Below, piece by piece: positions 9,646 to 19,730 of a DNA stretch of 64,000 nt (its first letter is position 1; each line of letters opens with the position of its first letter). This DNA comes from Candidatus Fermentibacteraceae bacterium (GTDB taxonomy: Bacteria > Fermentibacterota > Fermentibacteria > Fermentibacterales > JCC-6). A model generated the notes under the pieces. It saw only the letters and a list, made by a program, of their open reading frames with translations, had not been told where the DNA came from and made no database searches. The stretch is from the NCBI GenBank assembly GCA_041686025.1, contig JAWLEP010000013.1, positions 758 through 64,757 of the forward strand, written 5' to 3'. The position numbers and the translations under genes were made by a program.

Positions 9646-10274
9646 TGTACCTTCCCATCCTGCTGGTGATCGTGTTCTTCAGCGTGGTGTGCCACGAGAT
9701 ATCCCACGGGCTGGTGGCCTACCGTCTGGGAGACCCCACCGCCTACAGGGCCGGAAGGCTGACCTTCAACCCCCTTCCGCACATCGACATCTTCGGGACC
9801 ATCATACTGCCGCTGTTCCTGGTGCTCTCCGGAAGCAGCTTCATCTTCGCCTGGGCCAAGCCGGTCCCGGTGAACTCCAGCTACTTCCGGAACCCCCGGG
9901 ACGGCATGATGTACGTGGCCATGGCGGGGCCGGGGACCAACCTGGCCCTGGCCCTGGTGCTGGCGCTGGCGGCCCACATGGGCGCGGGTTTCCTGCCCGG
10001 CTGGCTGCTGGGGACGCTGGCCATGGCCTCCCTGATAAACATCATCCTCATGGTCTTCAACCTGCTTCCCATACCCCCCCTGGACGGAAGCCGGATAGTG
10101 GCCCGCTTCCTCAGCGGGAAGACCCTGTGGAACTACATGAAGCTGGAGCGCTACGGCCTGTTCATAGTCTTTGGCCTCCTCTTCCTGGGGGTGATAACCA
10201 GGATACTCTGGCCCGCGGTCACCCTGGCCGCCAGGGTACTCGACCTCGGACCCTTCCTCTACCACATACGCTAG
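9645..10274 (+). CDS. Site-2 protease family (peptidase M50) intramembrane metalloprotease.
   Basis: HEISHGL (HExxH) in the first TM helix, NLLPIPPLDGSRI (LDG motif), multi-TM. The start overlaps the upstream stop. Confidence 0.8.
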   Translation: MYLPILLVIVFFSVVCHEISHGLVAYRLGDPTAYRAGRLTFNPLPHIDIFGTIILPLFLVLSGSSFIFAWAKPVPVNSSYFRNPRDGMMYVAMAGPGTNLALALVLALAAHMGAGFLPGWLLGTLAMASLINIILMVFNLLPIPPLDGSRIVARFLSGKTLWNYMKLERYGLFIVFGLLFLGVITRILWPAVTLAARVLDLGPFLYHIR

Positions 10275-10289
10275 CTCGAAAGGAGCCCC

Positions 10290-11810
10290 ATGCGTGCATG
10301 CAGCCTGGCCCTGCTGCTTCTGACGGCGGCAGCCGGATTCGCCTCCGTATACGACGACGTTCCCATAACCCGGGACCTCTCCGGCTACACCGGCCAGGAC
10401 GCACCGGCGCAGCTGGCCCGGCAGATGCAGCGTACCGAGCCCTTCCGGGCCGAAACGGTGCTGGGCTCCCGCGACAGCGTGGCCTCCATGGTGATACTGA
10501 TGGAGGAGGGGCTCGCCGACAGCCTGGGGGCCGGACTGCTCGGGCAGTGGCTGGACGACATGGAGGCCGAGGAGTACCAGGCCCAGGTTGTCGAGATAAC
10601 CTACGGCACACCCGAGGAGATACGTTCGTTCCTGGACAGCCTGCACGCGGAGGGGATGCAGGGCGTTCTGCTGGTGGGGGACCTGCCCGCCGCCTGGGCC
10701 GCCCTGGACGACTCCAGGAGCAGGGCCAGCGAGATGTTCCCCTCCGACTACTTCTACATGGACCTCGACGGGGAGTGGCAGGACCTCTGGATCGGATATC
10801 CCTCCGCCCAGAACCCGGGACAGGACGGCTTCTACGACACCTGGTCGGGGGAGCTGGGCCCCGAGATCTGGGCCGCCCGCATCCGGGTGGACAACCTCAG
10901 CACCCTGGGAGACCCCGTGGAGATGCTGGGGGCCTACCTGGAGCGAAACCATGACTGGAGGAAGAACGGCGACCCGGAGCCGGTCCGGGCCCTCTGCTAC
11001 GTGGACGACGACTGGTCGATCTGGGGCGGGCAGTACCAGGACGCCATGGAGCTGCTGTACCAGGACGTGGAGCTGTTCAACACCGACTCCCTCACCACCG
11101 GCCCCGACTACGAGGAGAACCGGCTCCCCGACAGCTACGTCTGGATCAGTCCCTACGTCCACTCCGGCCCCTGGGTGCACCAGTGGAGCCCCGGGCCGTC
11201 CACCACCTGGGACGAGATACTCCCCATCGGCCCCACCGCCAGGTTCTACAACCTCTTCGCCTGCTCCAACTGCCGCTTCACGACCCCCCGCAACATGGGC
11301 GCCATATACGCCTTCGCCACCGAGTCCGGCCTGGCCTCCATAGGCAGCACCAAGAGCGGGGCCATGCTGCATTTCGCTCAGTTCTACGGCCCCCTGGGAG
11401 GGGGCGCTACGCTGGGAGAGGCCTACAAGCTGTGGTGGGAGGGCATAGCCGAAGGCGGCCTGACCCCCTCCGAGAAGTACTGGCACCTGGGTATGGTGCT
11501 GCTGGGAGACCCCACTCTGGTCCCCTCGATGTTCCTCACGGGAGTGGAAGGGGGAGGACCGGGTCCGCAGGTGGCTTCCCTGACGGCGGCCCCCAACCCG
11601 GCGGTCTCCTCGGTGACCCTCTTCGCCTCCAGGCCCTCCGCCGGCACGGTGGTCCTCTACGACACCGCCGGCCGCAGGGTGGCCTCGGGGGAGATTCGGG
11701 GCAGCGCCGACCTCGGCGTGGAGGGGCTGGGGGCAGGGGTCTACACCGCCGTGGCGAGATGGGAGGACGGAGGCTTCGCCTCCGCCAGGGTCACCGTACT
11801 GAGCCGCTGA
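10290..11810 (+). CDS. Secreted protein with clan-CD/C25-like His and Ala-Cys motifs and a C-terminal T9SS sorting domain.
   Basis: Signal peptide and a canonical SD (aaaggag) 8 nt upstream. Motifs YVHSGPW (His) and LFACSNC (Ala-Cys). The C-terminal ~80 aa (ASLTAAPNPAVSSVTLF...GVYTAVARWEDG...VTVLSR) resembles a Por_Secre_tail CTD. Confidence 0.6.
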   Translation: MRACSLALLLLTAAAGFASVYDDVPITRDLSGYTGQDAPAQLARQMQRTEPFRAETVLGSRDSVASMVILMEEGLADSLGAGLLGQWLDDMEAEEYQAQVVEITYGTPEEIRSFLDSLHAEGMQGVLLVGDLPAAWAALDDSRSRASEMFPSDYFYMDLDGEWQDLWIGYPSAQNPGQDGFYDTWSGELGPEIWAARIRVDNLSTLGDPVEMLGAYLERNHDWRKNGDPEPVRALCYVDDDWSIWGGQYQDAMELLYQDVELFNTDSLTTGPDYEENRLPDSYVWISPYVHSGPWVHQWSPGPSTTWDEILPIGPTARFYNLFACSNCRFTTPRNMGAIYAFATESGLASIGSTKSGAMLHFAQFYGPLGGGATLGEAYKLWWEGIAEGGLTPSEKYWHLGMVLLGDPTLVPSMFLTGVEGGGPGPQVASLTAAPNPAVSSVTLFASRPSAGTVVLYDTAGRRVASGEIRGSADLGVEGLGAGVYTAVARWEDGGFASARVTVLSR

Positions 11811-11841
11811 TCGGGCAGACGCCTTCGGGAAGCCCTCGCCT

Positions 11842-13422
11842 CTACAGGTCTGTCCAGAGGGCGGGGTCCGGCGGCAGGCGGTCGAGTATGGCGTCGTTGA
11901 TGCGCAGGCCGTAGCGCTGCTCCAGCTCCGTCATCCACTCCTCCAGCCGGCTCTCGGCCTTCTCGGCCCGTATCTGCTCGCGCAGGCTGTCGGAGGCCTC
12001 CTCGAGAGTGGCCTCCCGCGGCGGCAGGATCTCCCTGAGGCGGAAGCCGGCCATGAGCTCCAGCTGGACCACCGGGAAGGGGCCGTGCCACGAGGCGGTA
12101 TCTTCGGGGGAGAGGGCGAAGGCCGTATCCGCCATGGTCTCCGGAAGCTGTCCCCTCTCCAGGGGCACGGTAACGCCGGGTCCCCTGGCGGTGTCTCCGA
12201 ACCAGGGATAGGGATCGAACAGCTCCGCGGGATCGGTGCCCGGGTCGGCAAGCGCCTCGCGCCAGGCCTGCAGCTCGGACTGGGGGAACACCACGATCTG
12301 AAGCCTGCGCAGCTCGGGCATCATGATCGGTTCTGACATCGACCGGTATCGCCGCTCGATCTCCTGCGGGCCCACCGCTGTGCTCTCCGCCACCATCTCG
12401 CTGTATATCAGATCTACGGCGCTTCTCCGACGCTCCAGCTGGCCGGCGCTCAGTACCGGTTCCAGCGCCTCCGGGTCACTCTGCTGCAGCCAGGAGACGA
12501 AGGCGTTCTGCATAATCAGGTTGCGCACCAGGAAGAGAAGCCAGCTTATGCTGGTGGGGTCCACCGGTCTGCTCTGGGAGGCAAATGTCACCTCGGTGAG
12601 GAGCTTGCGCTCCGTCCATCCCTCCACGGGGCCGGACACCACCACATCCGTGGAGTCCGGTCTGAAGTCGCCTTCGGCTATGGAGGATGCCATGGCCTCC
12701 AGAGCGAGGGTGTCTATCTCGGCCTCTTCCAGGGCATGCTGAAGCAGACTGTCACGCATCAGGTCGTATCTGCTCTCAGATAGGCGGTTGCGCGCCAGCG
12801 ACTCAACACGCGAGGTGTCCCTGAGGGTCTCCGCCACCAGCTCGGGGTCTGTGGCGTACAGCGAGTCCAGCCGGACCTCGGTATCTCCGCAGACGGCGGA
12901 CTGCCCGGTGCGTAGAGTGTCCAGGCACAGGGCCAGGTCCTTCGGCACCTCGGGGAGATGGACCGGGCCGTGTGAAGCCGCATGCGGGCTGCGGGGGTTG
13001 GTTGTGTACCAGACCGTCCGCCCCATCAGGCTCCTGTAGAAGTCGATGTCCTCCGGGGAGATGCCACTTGCTATCATGGCTTTCGCGCTGTCCACCGCCG
13101 CCATGTACAGCTGCCGTCGAACCCACGCTCCGGCCAGGCAGATGGCCCGCGGCCTGTCCAGGTAGCCCAGGCGGCCGATCTCCCGCATGACCATCTCCCG
13201 GCGGGCCAGGGTTATCACGTAGGCGGCAACCGGATCGTCGGCGCGCAGGAACTGCCGTCTCTCTCCGGTCTCCAGCCCGTCCCAGAGGCTTCCGGCGTCC
13301 GACACCGTTATGGTGTCGTCGCCCATGGTCATCAGCCAGTCGTCTCCCTCTACGGGCGACCCGCAGCAGGAGCAGGCGACAGTCAGTGCAGCGGCGGTTG
13401 CCAGGAACAGACAGAAGCGCAA
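11842..13422 (-). CDS. Hypothetical periplasmic lipoprotein (526 aa).
   Basis: Lipobox-like N-terminus MRFCLFLATAAALTVACSCCG. Long ORF with protein-like composition. Function not assignable from sequence. Confidence 0.5.
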   Translation of the reverse strand: MRFCLFLATAAALTVACSCCGSPVEGDDWLMTMGDDTITVSDAGSLWDGLETGERRQFLRADDPVAAYVITLARREMVMREIGRLGYLDRPRAICLAGAWVRRQLYMAAVDSAKAMIASGISPEDIDFYRSLMGRTVWYTTNPRSPHAASHGPVHLPEVPKDLALCLDTLRTGQSAVCGDTEVRLDSLYATDPELVAETLRDTSRVESLARNRLSESRYDLMRDSLLQHALEEAEIDTLALEAMASSIAEGDFRPDSTDVVVSGPVEGWTERKLLTEVTFASQSRPVDPTSISWLLFLVRNLIMQNAFVSWLQQSDPEALEPVLSAGQLERRRSAVDLIYSEMVAESTAVGPQEIERRYRSMSEPIMMPELRRLQIVVFPQSELQAWREALADPGTDPAELFDPYPWFGDTARGPGVTVPLERGQLPETMADTAFALSPEDTASWHGPFPVVQLELMAGFRLREILPPREATLEEASDSLREQIRAEKAESRLEEWMTELEQRYGLRINDAILDRLPPDPALWTDL

Positions 13423-13455
13423 GTGACGACCCCCCCCCGAGGCTGGGTAGCAGAA

Positions 13456-13480
13456 GGGGGAAGGGTCAGACCCTTCCCCC
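13456..13480. terminator. GC-rich hairpin (gggggaagggtc-a-gacccttccccc) between two co-oriented minus-strand genes. Possible intrinsic terminator.
   Basis: 12-nt perfect arms. It is flanked by an A-tract on one side and a gttctttatggtt T-rich run on the other. Confidence 0.35.
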
Positions 13481-13501
13481 GTTCTTTATGGTTGTCTGAC
13501 T

Positions 13502-14365
13502 TTAGAACAGAGTCTTTATCTCACCCCATGTGGCGGGAGAGAGAGACTCCGGGTTGACCTCCCAGCAGTAGACCATGTCGGGGTCGTCCTGCGCCAGTAC
13601 CCAGAGCTGGTCCTGGCCCTCGTACGGAGCCATGCAGGCGCCGCCGGAGGTGTCCTGCTCGGGCATGAGGTTGAAGCTGTCTATCAGCGCGCCGTCCATG
13701 CCGATCTGATACAGCATGCCGTCGCTGCTGGCGGTGGATACCCACAGGCAGTCGTTCCACGGGTCGTAGGCGGCTCCGTAGGTGCCGCCGTTGCCCACCG
13801 CGGTGCTCCAGGAGGTGTAGCTGGCGGTGCTGCCGGAGACGCCGTCCCACTCCACCTGGTAGATGGTGTTGGAGAAGCTGCCGGTGTAGAAGTAGTTGCC
13901 GTCCCAGGCCTGGGCACGGTTGGGATTGACCGCGCTGCAGGTGTAGGAGCCCACCTTCTCGTAGGTGGAGGGATCGTAGTAGTCCACGTCGGTGCTCTGG
14001 CTGGCGTACATGTAGTCGCCGTCGCTGCACCAGTCGCGCAGGCCCCATCCGGAGCTGTTGTTCTGCTCCACGTCCGTGATCAGGGTGTAGTCCTCACCAT
14101 CGACGATGTAGATGTAGTTGGCCTCACCGCCGCCCTGCATGTAGCCCTCGGTGATCCAGAAGTTGGTTCCGTCGAAGCCCAGGCCGACGTTGTACACGCC
14201 GTAGCTGAAGTCCTCGACGTTGAATGAGTCCAGCACGGGCAAGTCGCCCTCGCCGGGGTTCACAGGGGCGTCGCTGCTGATGTAGGGGCTCACATCGGCC
14301 GTGGAGCTGGCCAGGGCGAGACCCGCCACAAGAAGAAGAACAAGATATTTCCTCATAGCGCACAT
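13502..14365 (-). CDS. Secreted hypothetical protein rich in D/Y/S/G/W (possible beta-propeller or lectin-like).
   Basis: Signal peptide MRKYLVLLLVAGLALASS. 287 aa with slightly lower GC. The overlapping minus ORF 13521..14048 is an out-of-frame artefact. Confidence 0.5.
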   Translation of the reverse strand: MCAMRKYLVLLLVAGLALASSTADVSPYISSDAPVNPGEGDLPVLDSFNVEDFSYGVYNVGLGFDGTNFWITEGYMQGGGEANYIYIVDGEDYTLITDVEQNNSSGWGLRDWCSDGDYMYASQSTDVDYYDPSTYEKVGSYTCSAVNPNRAQAWDGNYFYTGSFSNTIYQVEWDGVSGSTASYTSWSTAVGNGGTYGAAYDPWNDCLWVSTASSDGMLYQIGMDGALIDSFNLMPEQDTSGGACMAPYEGQDQLWVLAQDDPDMVYCWEVNPESLSPATWGEIKTLF

Positions 14366-14491
14366 CCTCTCTTTGTGAGTCTGACAACCAGTGAAAAATT
14401 ATAGCCTTTGGCGGGGCGGCGTCAATGCCGGAAGGACGGCATATTTCCTATCAGCTTGCCGTCAAATGATGGTACAGAACGTGCGTCCGGG

Positions 14492-16249
14492 TCATGGGCG
14501 GGGGTCGGCCCGGGGTCGGCCCTGCGTTCCCTGTCGTCGGCGAACATCCGCGCAGGTGCGCAGATCCTCGGCTGCCGCCCTGAGCGCCTCCACCTCCTTG
14601 CCTCGGTGTCCGGGCAGAGAGTCGGCCAGCTCTTCCAGGGCCTCGGCCGTCGTCCTGCAGTCCGCGGGGCCGAAGGCGTCCGGTATGCGGAAGTGAGCCA
14701 GGAAGCTCTCCGCCAGCAGGAGCCTCTCCTCCCCGGTGGATGGGATGTGGTGCATTGCCCCCAGGGCCAGCCGGCTCAGGGTTCGCAGGCTGTCCGCCGG
14801 GGCCAGGCGCAGGGCGGAGAGGTAGGTGGCTCCCGCCTCCTCGGTCCTTCCCAGAGAGAGGAGGATTCCCGCCTCCATGTCGTGTCCGCGCCAGTAGCCG
14901 GGGTAGATCCTGTTGAACTCCTCCGCCGCCTCCGCCGCCGCCAGCGGTGCCCCCTGGGCGAACCTGGAGGCCGCCAGGTAGAGGCGGCAGCGCTCCTCGA
15001 ACGGTAGCAGAGAGCGGGACCTTTCCATACTGGATGCCGCCTCGGCGTGCCGCCCGGCCGCCGCCTCCGCCCGTCCCCGGCGCAGCTCGGCGTAGCCCAG
15101 GGTCACGGCCACGCCCCAGGCCAGGGCCGCCGCTCCCAGGGCCCCCGGAAGCCAGCCTGGGATCCTCGTCCTCCCGTTCGCGGGCAGGCCGCAGGCCAGC
15201 ACCGCCGCCAGGGGCAGCGCCCCCAGCGGGGTGGCCAGGGGCAGGTCGGTGGCCAGTATGGGCCACGCGGCCAGGAGCATCGAGCCCCGCGCCCCGCCTC
15301 CGCGGGCCTTCGCCACCCACCACAGCAGCAGGCCCAGCAGGACCAGGCCCAGAAGCCCCTGCTCCACCGGGGGGGTCAGCAGGTCGGAGTGCAGGTGGTC
15401 GATCCTGCGGTCGGCGCCGGCCAGCCGGCGGAGCTCCTCGGGCCCGGTGGAGTGGATGTGGAGCCGGGCCTGTCCGGTTCCGGTGCCCAGGGCGAACCGG
15501 CCTGCCGAGAGCTCGATCCCCTGGCGCCAAATGAGTGTCCTCAGCTTCAGGGAGGGGTGCAGCCGGCCGGCGGCCCCCGGAAGCGCCGTGAGCAGCAGCT
15601 GGCCCGCCAGCAGGAGGGCCACCGGGTGTATGGGTCGAAGGCCTCGGCGCTCGCCGGAGAACAGCCAGAGCAGGCCCAGGGCCGCCCCGATCCAGCCGGT
15701 GTAGAAGCCTGACAGCAGCAGGCCGGCGGCTGCCGGCAGCCCCAGGGCCAGCCTCGTCCAGCGACCCAGACCGGTCTCCCCGGACGCGCATGCAACCACG
15801 GAGACAGCCAGGAGGACTCCCAGCCGGTTGGGGTTGCCGGCCGTTCCATCCGGGCCCAGGAAGATCACGGTGAGCCCCGCCAGGGCGCCGGCGGCGCAGA
15901 CTCCGGCCAGCACCTTCGGCCGGCCCTTCCCAGATGCCAGGCCCGACAGGCCCGCCACCATCATCCCGAAGGAGGCCCAGCGCACCGCCTGGGGGATTCC
16001 CTGCACCGGGATGGGGGCGGCCAGGATCCAGGCCGCCGGGACGGCGGCCAGAAGCAGTCCCGCCCATGCGTGGCGTCTGCCCGGCCGCCGCCGGCCGGCC
16101 CACAGCAGAGCCGCGCCGGCCAGGGGATAGACGGCCAGCCGTCCGGTGAGGGTGGGATCGAACAGGCCCGGCGGCACCCAGAGCAGCACCGCGGTGATCG
16201 CTCCGAATGCCCAGAGGAAGGGGGCGGACAGCCAGGTGTTCCTTCTCAT
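14492..16249 (-). CDS. O-antigen ligase-like polytopic membrane protein with C-terminal TPR-like repeats.
   Basis: At least 10 hydrophobic helices over ~400 aa, then a soluble TPR-like tail (AEAAEEFNRIYPGYWRGHDMEAGILLSLGRTEEAGATYLSALRLAP). Confidence 0.55.
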   Translation of the reverse strand: MRRNTWLSAPFLWAFGAITAVLLWVPPGLFDPTLTGRLAVYPLAGAALLWAGRRRPGRRHAWAGLLLAAVPAAWILAAPIPVQGIPQAVRWASFGMMVAGLSGLASGKGRPKVLAGVCAAGALAGLTVIFLGPDGTAGNPNRLGVLLAVSVVACASGETGLGRWTRLALGLPAAAGLLLSGFYTGWIGAALGLLWLFSGERRGLRPIHPVALLLAGQLLLTALPGAAGRLHPSLKLRTLIWRQGIELSAGRFALGTGTGQARLHIHSTGPEELRRLAGADRRIDHLHSDLLTPPVEQGLLGLVLLGLLLWWVAKARGGGARGSMLLAAWPILATDLPLATPLGALPLAAVLACGLPANGRTRIPGWLPGALGAAALAWGVAVTLGYAELRRGRAEAAAGRHAEAASSMERSRSLLPFEERCRLYLAASRFAQGAPLAAAEAAEEFNRIYPGYWRGHDMEAGILLSLGRTEEAGATYLSALRLAPADSLRTLSRLALGAMHHIPSTGEERLLLAESFLAHFRIPDAFGPADCRTTAEALEELADSLPGHRGKEVEALRAAAEDLRTCADVRRRQGTQGRPRADPRP

Positions 16250-16264
16250 GGCGCCGTCGGCGTC

Positions 16265-17926
16265 CTAGAGCACCGTCTTGGGCTGGTACTCCCCGAACTC
16301 CTCACGGAGCACCCCGCATATCTCCCCCAGGGTGCAGTAGCTGCGGACGCACTCCAGTATCACCGGCATGAGGTTGTCGGTGCCGTTGGCGGCCCCGGCC
16401 AGCCTGCGCAGCGCCGAGGCGGCGGCTTCGCCGTCGCGGGAGGAGCGGACCTCCTCCAGCTTGGCCAGCTGCTGCCTCTCCACCTCCGGGTTCACCTTGA
16501 GGAGGTCGGCGGGGGGACGCTCGTCCACCTGGTACCTGTTGACGCCCACCACGATCCTGTCGCCCTCCTCCACCTCCTTCTGCCAGCGGTAGGCGGCGTC
16601 CTGGATCTGCCGCTGCGGGTAGCCCTGCTCGATGGCCTCCACCATTCCGCCCATGTCGTCTATTCGGGAGATGTACTCCATGGCGTCGGACTCCACCCGG
16701 TCGGTGAGCTCCTCCACGAAGTAGCTTCCGGCCAGGGGATCCACGGTGTTGGTGACGCCGCTCTCGTGGGCCACTATCTGCTGGGTCCGCAGGGCTATGC
16801 GCACGGCGTGCTCGCTGGGCAGGGCCAGGGCCTCGTCCCGGCTGTTGGTGTGCAGGCTCTGGGTCCCGCCCAGTACAGCAGCCAGGGTCTGGATGGTGAC
16901 CCGGACGATGTTGTTGTCCGGCTGCTGGGCGGTAAGGGTGGAGCCTCCGGTCTGCGTGTGGAAGCGGAGCCTGCGGCTCTTGGGATTGTCCGTGCCGAAG
17001 CGCTCCCGCATGATCCGCGACCACAGCCTCCTGGCGGCGCGGAACTTGGCCACCTCCTCCAGCAGGTCGTTGTGGGCGTTGAAGAAGAAGCTCAGCCTGG
17101 GAGCGAAGCTGTCCACCTCGAGGCCCGCGTCCACCGCCGCCTGCACGTAGGCGATGCCGTCGGCCAGGGTGAAAGCCACCTCCTGCGCCGCGGTGCTTCC
17201 CGCCTCGCGGATGTGGTAGCCGGATATGCTGATGGTGTTCCACCGGGGCACGTGCTGGCCGCAGAAGGCGAATATGTCGGTGATGAGCCGCATGGAGTGG
17301 CGCGGCGGAAATATGTAGGTCCCCCGGGCCATGTACTCCTTGAGTATGTCGTTCTGAATGGTGCCCTTCAGCTTCTCCGGGGCCACTCCCTGCTTCTCGG
17401 CCAGTGCGATGTACATGCCCAGCAGCACGGAGGCGGGGGCGTTGATGGTCATGGACGTGGAGACCCCGTCCAGGGGGATGCCGTCGAACAGCACCTCCAT
17501 GTCCGCCAGGCTGTCTATCGCCACCCCCACCTTGCCTATCTCCCCTCCGCTCAGCTGGTGGTCGGAGTCGTAGCCTATCTGGGTGGGAAGGTCGAAGGCC
17601 ACCGAGAGGCCGGTCTGTCCCTGGTCCAGCAGGTAGCGGTAGCGGCGGTTGGACTCCTCGGCGGTGCCGAAGCCCGCGTACTGCCGCATGGTCCACAGCC
17701 TGCCGCGGTACATGGTGGGCTGCACGCCGCGGGTGTAAGGCGGGCTGCCGGGGAAGCCCAGCCTCTCCAGGTACCCCTCGTCGGGGTCGCGGGGAAAGTA
17801 CACCCGGTCCACCGGCTTGGAGGAACCGGTGACGAACTCATCCCTGCGCTCCGGGAACCTCTTGAGGACCGGGTCCAGGACCTTCTCCTCCCAGACCTTC
17901 TTCTTCTCGTCGAATTCCTTCGTCAT
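16265..17926 (-). CDS. Methylmalonyl-CoA mutase family catalytic (large-subunit N-terminal) domain protein. No B12-binding domain.
   Basis: MCM catalytic-barrel motifs ([50 protein letters not shown]). Tyr and Arg are at the MCM-diagnostic positions (TMY..., ARGTYI). The 553-aa length fits the split form. Confidence 0.9.
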   Translation of the reverse strand: MTKEFDEKKKVWEEKVLDPVLKRFPERRDEFVTGSSKPVDRVYFPRDPDEGYLERLGFPGSPPYTRGVQPTMYRGRLWTMRQYAGFGTAEESNRRYRYLLDQGQTGLSVAFDLPTQIGYDSDHQLSGGEIGKVGVAIDSLADMEVLFDGIPLDGVSTSMTINAPASVLLGMYIALAEKQGVAPEKLKGTIQNDILKEYMARGTYIFPPRHSMRLITDIFAFCGQHVPRWNTISISGYHIREAGSTAAQEVAFTLADGIAYVQAAVDAGLEVDSFAPRLSFFFNAHNDLLEEVAKFRAARRLWSRIMRERFGTDNPKSRRLRFHTQTGGSTLTAQQPDNNIVRVTIQTLAAVLGGTQSLHTNSRDEALALPSEHAVRIALRTQQIVAHESGVTNTVDPLAGSYFVEELTDRVESDAMEYISRIDDMGGMVEAIEQGYPQRQIQDAAYRWQKEVEEGDRIVVGVNRYQVDERPPADLLKVNPEVERQQLAKLEEVRSSRDGEAAASALRRLAGAANGTDNLMPVILECVRSYCTLGEICGVLREEFGEYQPKTVL

Positions 17927-17952
17927 TGGCTGTGCCTCCGCAATATCCGGTA

Positions 17953-19047
17953 TCAGGTGTTCTCGGTGTCGGGTTGGTACTCCCGGGCCTTCTCGAGGCC
18001 CTGCAGGACCCTCAGGCCGCCCAGGGCCAGGGCCTCCATCTCCATCTCTCCGGGGTAGACCAGGACGTCGGCCAGGAAGCCCACCCGCTCCCTTATCCAG
18101 CCTACGAACCTCCTGTCGTAGGCGATGCCGCCGGTGAGGACGATGGCGTCCACCTCACCTGCGAGAACCGCCGCCAGGGCGCCGATCTCCTTGGATATCT
18201 GGTAGGCCATGGCCTGGTATACCTCCAGGGCCGTTTCGTCACCGTCGGCGGCCCTGTCCTCCACCTCGCGCATGTCGTTGGTCCCCAGGTAGGCCACTAT
18301 GCCTCCGCGGCCCTTTATCATCTTCTTGACCTCGGCCTCGGTCTTCTCGCCGCTGAAGCAGATCTTCGCCAGGTCGCCCACCGGAAGCCCGCCGGACCTC
18401 TCCGGAGTGAACGGCCCCTCGCCGTTGAGGGCGTTGTTCACGTCGATCACCCTGCCCCGGCGGTGGCAGCCTACGGAGATGCCTCCGCCCAGGTGGACGA
18501 CTATCAGGTTCATCTCGCCGTAGTCGCCCCCCAGCTCTCCGGCCGCCTTCCTGGCCACGGCCCGCTGGTTGAGGGCGTGGAAGATTGAGCGTCTGGCGAT
18601 ATCGGGATGGCCGCTGTAGCGGGCCAGGGGCTCCAGCTCGTCCACCACAACGGGGTCGACAATGAACGCCGGGCAGCCGGCCTCGGACGCCAGCTCGTCG
18701 GCTATGAGGGCACCCAGGTTGGAGACGTGCTCCCCCTGGACTCCCCTTCGCAGGTGCTCCTTCAACAGCTCGGTGACTCCGAATGTCCCGCCCTTCACCG
18801 GGTAGAGCAGGCCGCCCCTTCCCACCACGGCGTCCAGGCTGGAGATGGCGTAGCCCGATTGCTCCAGCCTGTCGCGTATGACGCCCTCCCGGAAGGCATA
18901 CTGGTCGATGATCTTCTCGAAGGGCTCAAGCTCTTCCCTGGAATGTGAGAGCTTCTCGCTCCATACCTCGCTGCCGTCCTCGAACAGGGATATCTTGGTG
19001 GAGGTCGATCCGGGGTTGATCGCCAGTATCCTTTTCGTTTCGGTCAT
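17953..19047 (-). CDS. buk: Butyrate kinase.
   Basis: [17 protein letters not shown]-terminus, HLGGGISVG, and acetate/butyrate kinase family C-terminal motifs. 364 aa. Confidence 0.9.
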   Translation of the reverse strand: MTETKRILAINPGSTSTKISLFEDGSEVWSEKLSHSREELEPFEKIIDQYAFREGVIRDRLEQSGYAISSLDAVVGRGGLLYPVKGGTFGVTELLKEHLRRGVQGEHVSNLGALIADELASEAGCPAFIVDPVVVDELEPLARYSGHPDIARRSIFHALNQRAVARKAAGELGGDYGEMNLIVVHLGGGISVGCHRRGRVIDVNNALNGEGPFTPERSGGLPVGDLAKICFSGEKTEAEVKKMIKGRGGIVAYLGTNDMREVEDRAADGDETALEVYQAMAYQISKEIGALAAVLAGEVDAIVLTGGIAYDRRFVGWIRERVGFLADVLVYPGEMEMEALALGGLRVLQGLEKAREYQPDTENT

Positions 19048-19169
19048 CTTGCCTCCGTTTCAGGCCCCTCGGCCGCCAGAAAAGTGTTGCTGCAGCTGCT
19101 GGGAAGCGGTAATAGTCTAAGGCATGACGGCTGATATGGCCAGCTTGCGGACGAGGGGGGTCCCGAACG

Positions 19170-19697
19170 GTGAGCGGAGACAACCTGGAGACCTCCAGGG
19201 AGATGGAGATTCTGGAGAGGTCGGTGCAGAGGCTGGAGGAGCGCTTCCGACTGGAGAGGGAGGGCGCACTGGAGGACGGAAGCCGTGACGCCCTGCTCCA
19301 CCTGCGTGACCGCAGCAAGCTGTTCTTCTCCCCCGAGATCGAGAGGATGGCCAGGGAGCTGGCCCGTCTGTCCGCCGCCATCGACGGCGGCCAGGCCTAT
19401 GCGGCGGAGGTCAGGAGCGCCGCGGGGAAGGTGGGGAGGCTGATCGTCAGGCTCCGGGCCCGGTTCGTGGGCACGCCGCACAGGCTGCTGCGAAACGCCG
19501 ATCTGGTGCGGCGGGTGCACGACCGGGGCGGCTACTCCGGAGAACAGCGGCCCGAGGCCGCCGAAGACGAGGAGGAGGACGACCTCCAGCCCACCGATCC
19601 CCCGGTGGAGTGCCCCATCTGCGGCGAGATCCTCATGCGGAACGGGGATTTCACCCTCCTGTACTGCCCCGGATGCGGGGCCACCGAAAACCTCTAA
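19170..19697 (+). CDS. Hypothetical coiled-coil protein with C-terminal zinc-ribbon.
   Basis: 175 aa with a charged, helical N-half and a CPICGEILMRNGDFTLLYCPGCG CxxC...CxxC ribbon. It is divergent from buk. Confidence 0.5.
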   Translation: MSGDNLETSREMEILERSVQRLEERFRLEREGALEDGSRDALLHLRDRSKLFFSPEIERMARELARLSAAIDGGQAYAAEVRSAAGKVGRLIVRLRARFVGTPHRLLRNADLVRRVHDRGGYSGEQRPEAAEDEEEDDLQPTDPPVECPICGEILMRNGDFTLLYCPGCGATENL

Positions 19698-19723
19698 CGG
19701 TGCCTGACGTACGTCAGGCACCG
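19698..19723. terminator. Perfect 26-nt palindrome (cggtgcctgacgt|acgtcaggcaccg) starting 1 nt after the stop codon. Possible intrinsic terminator or operator.
   Basis: 13+13 nt perfectly self-complementary and GC-rich, immediately 3' of the taa at 19695-19697. Confidence 0.4.
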
Positions 19724-19730
19724 ATCTAAC

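Noticed and set aside
9642-11486. 614-aa minus-strand ORF and overlapping plus ORF 9689..10954.
   Set aside because: These are antisense or out-of-frame relative to the M50 protease (HEISH/LDG motifs) and the SD-preceded T9SS-CTD protein.
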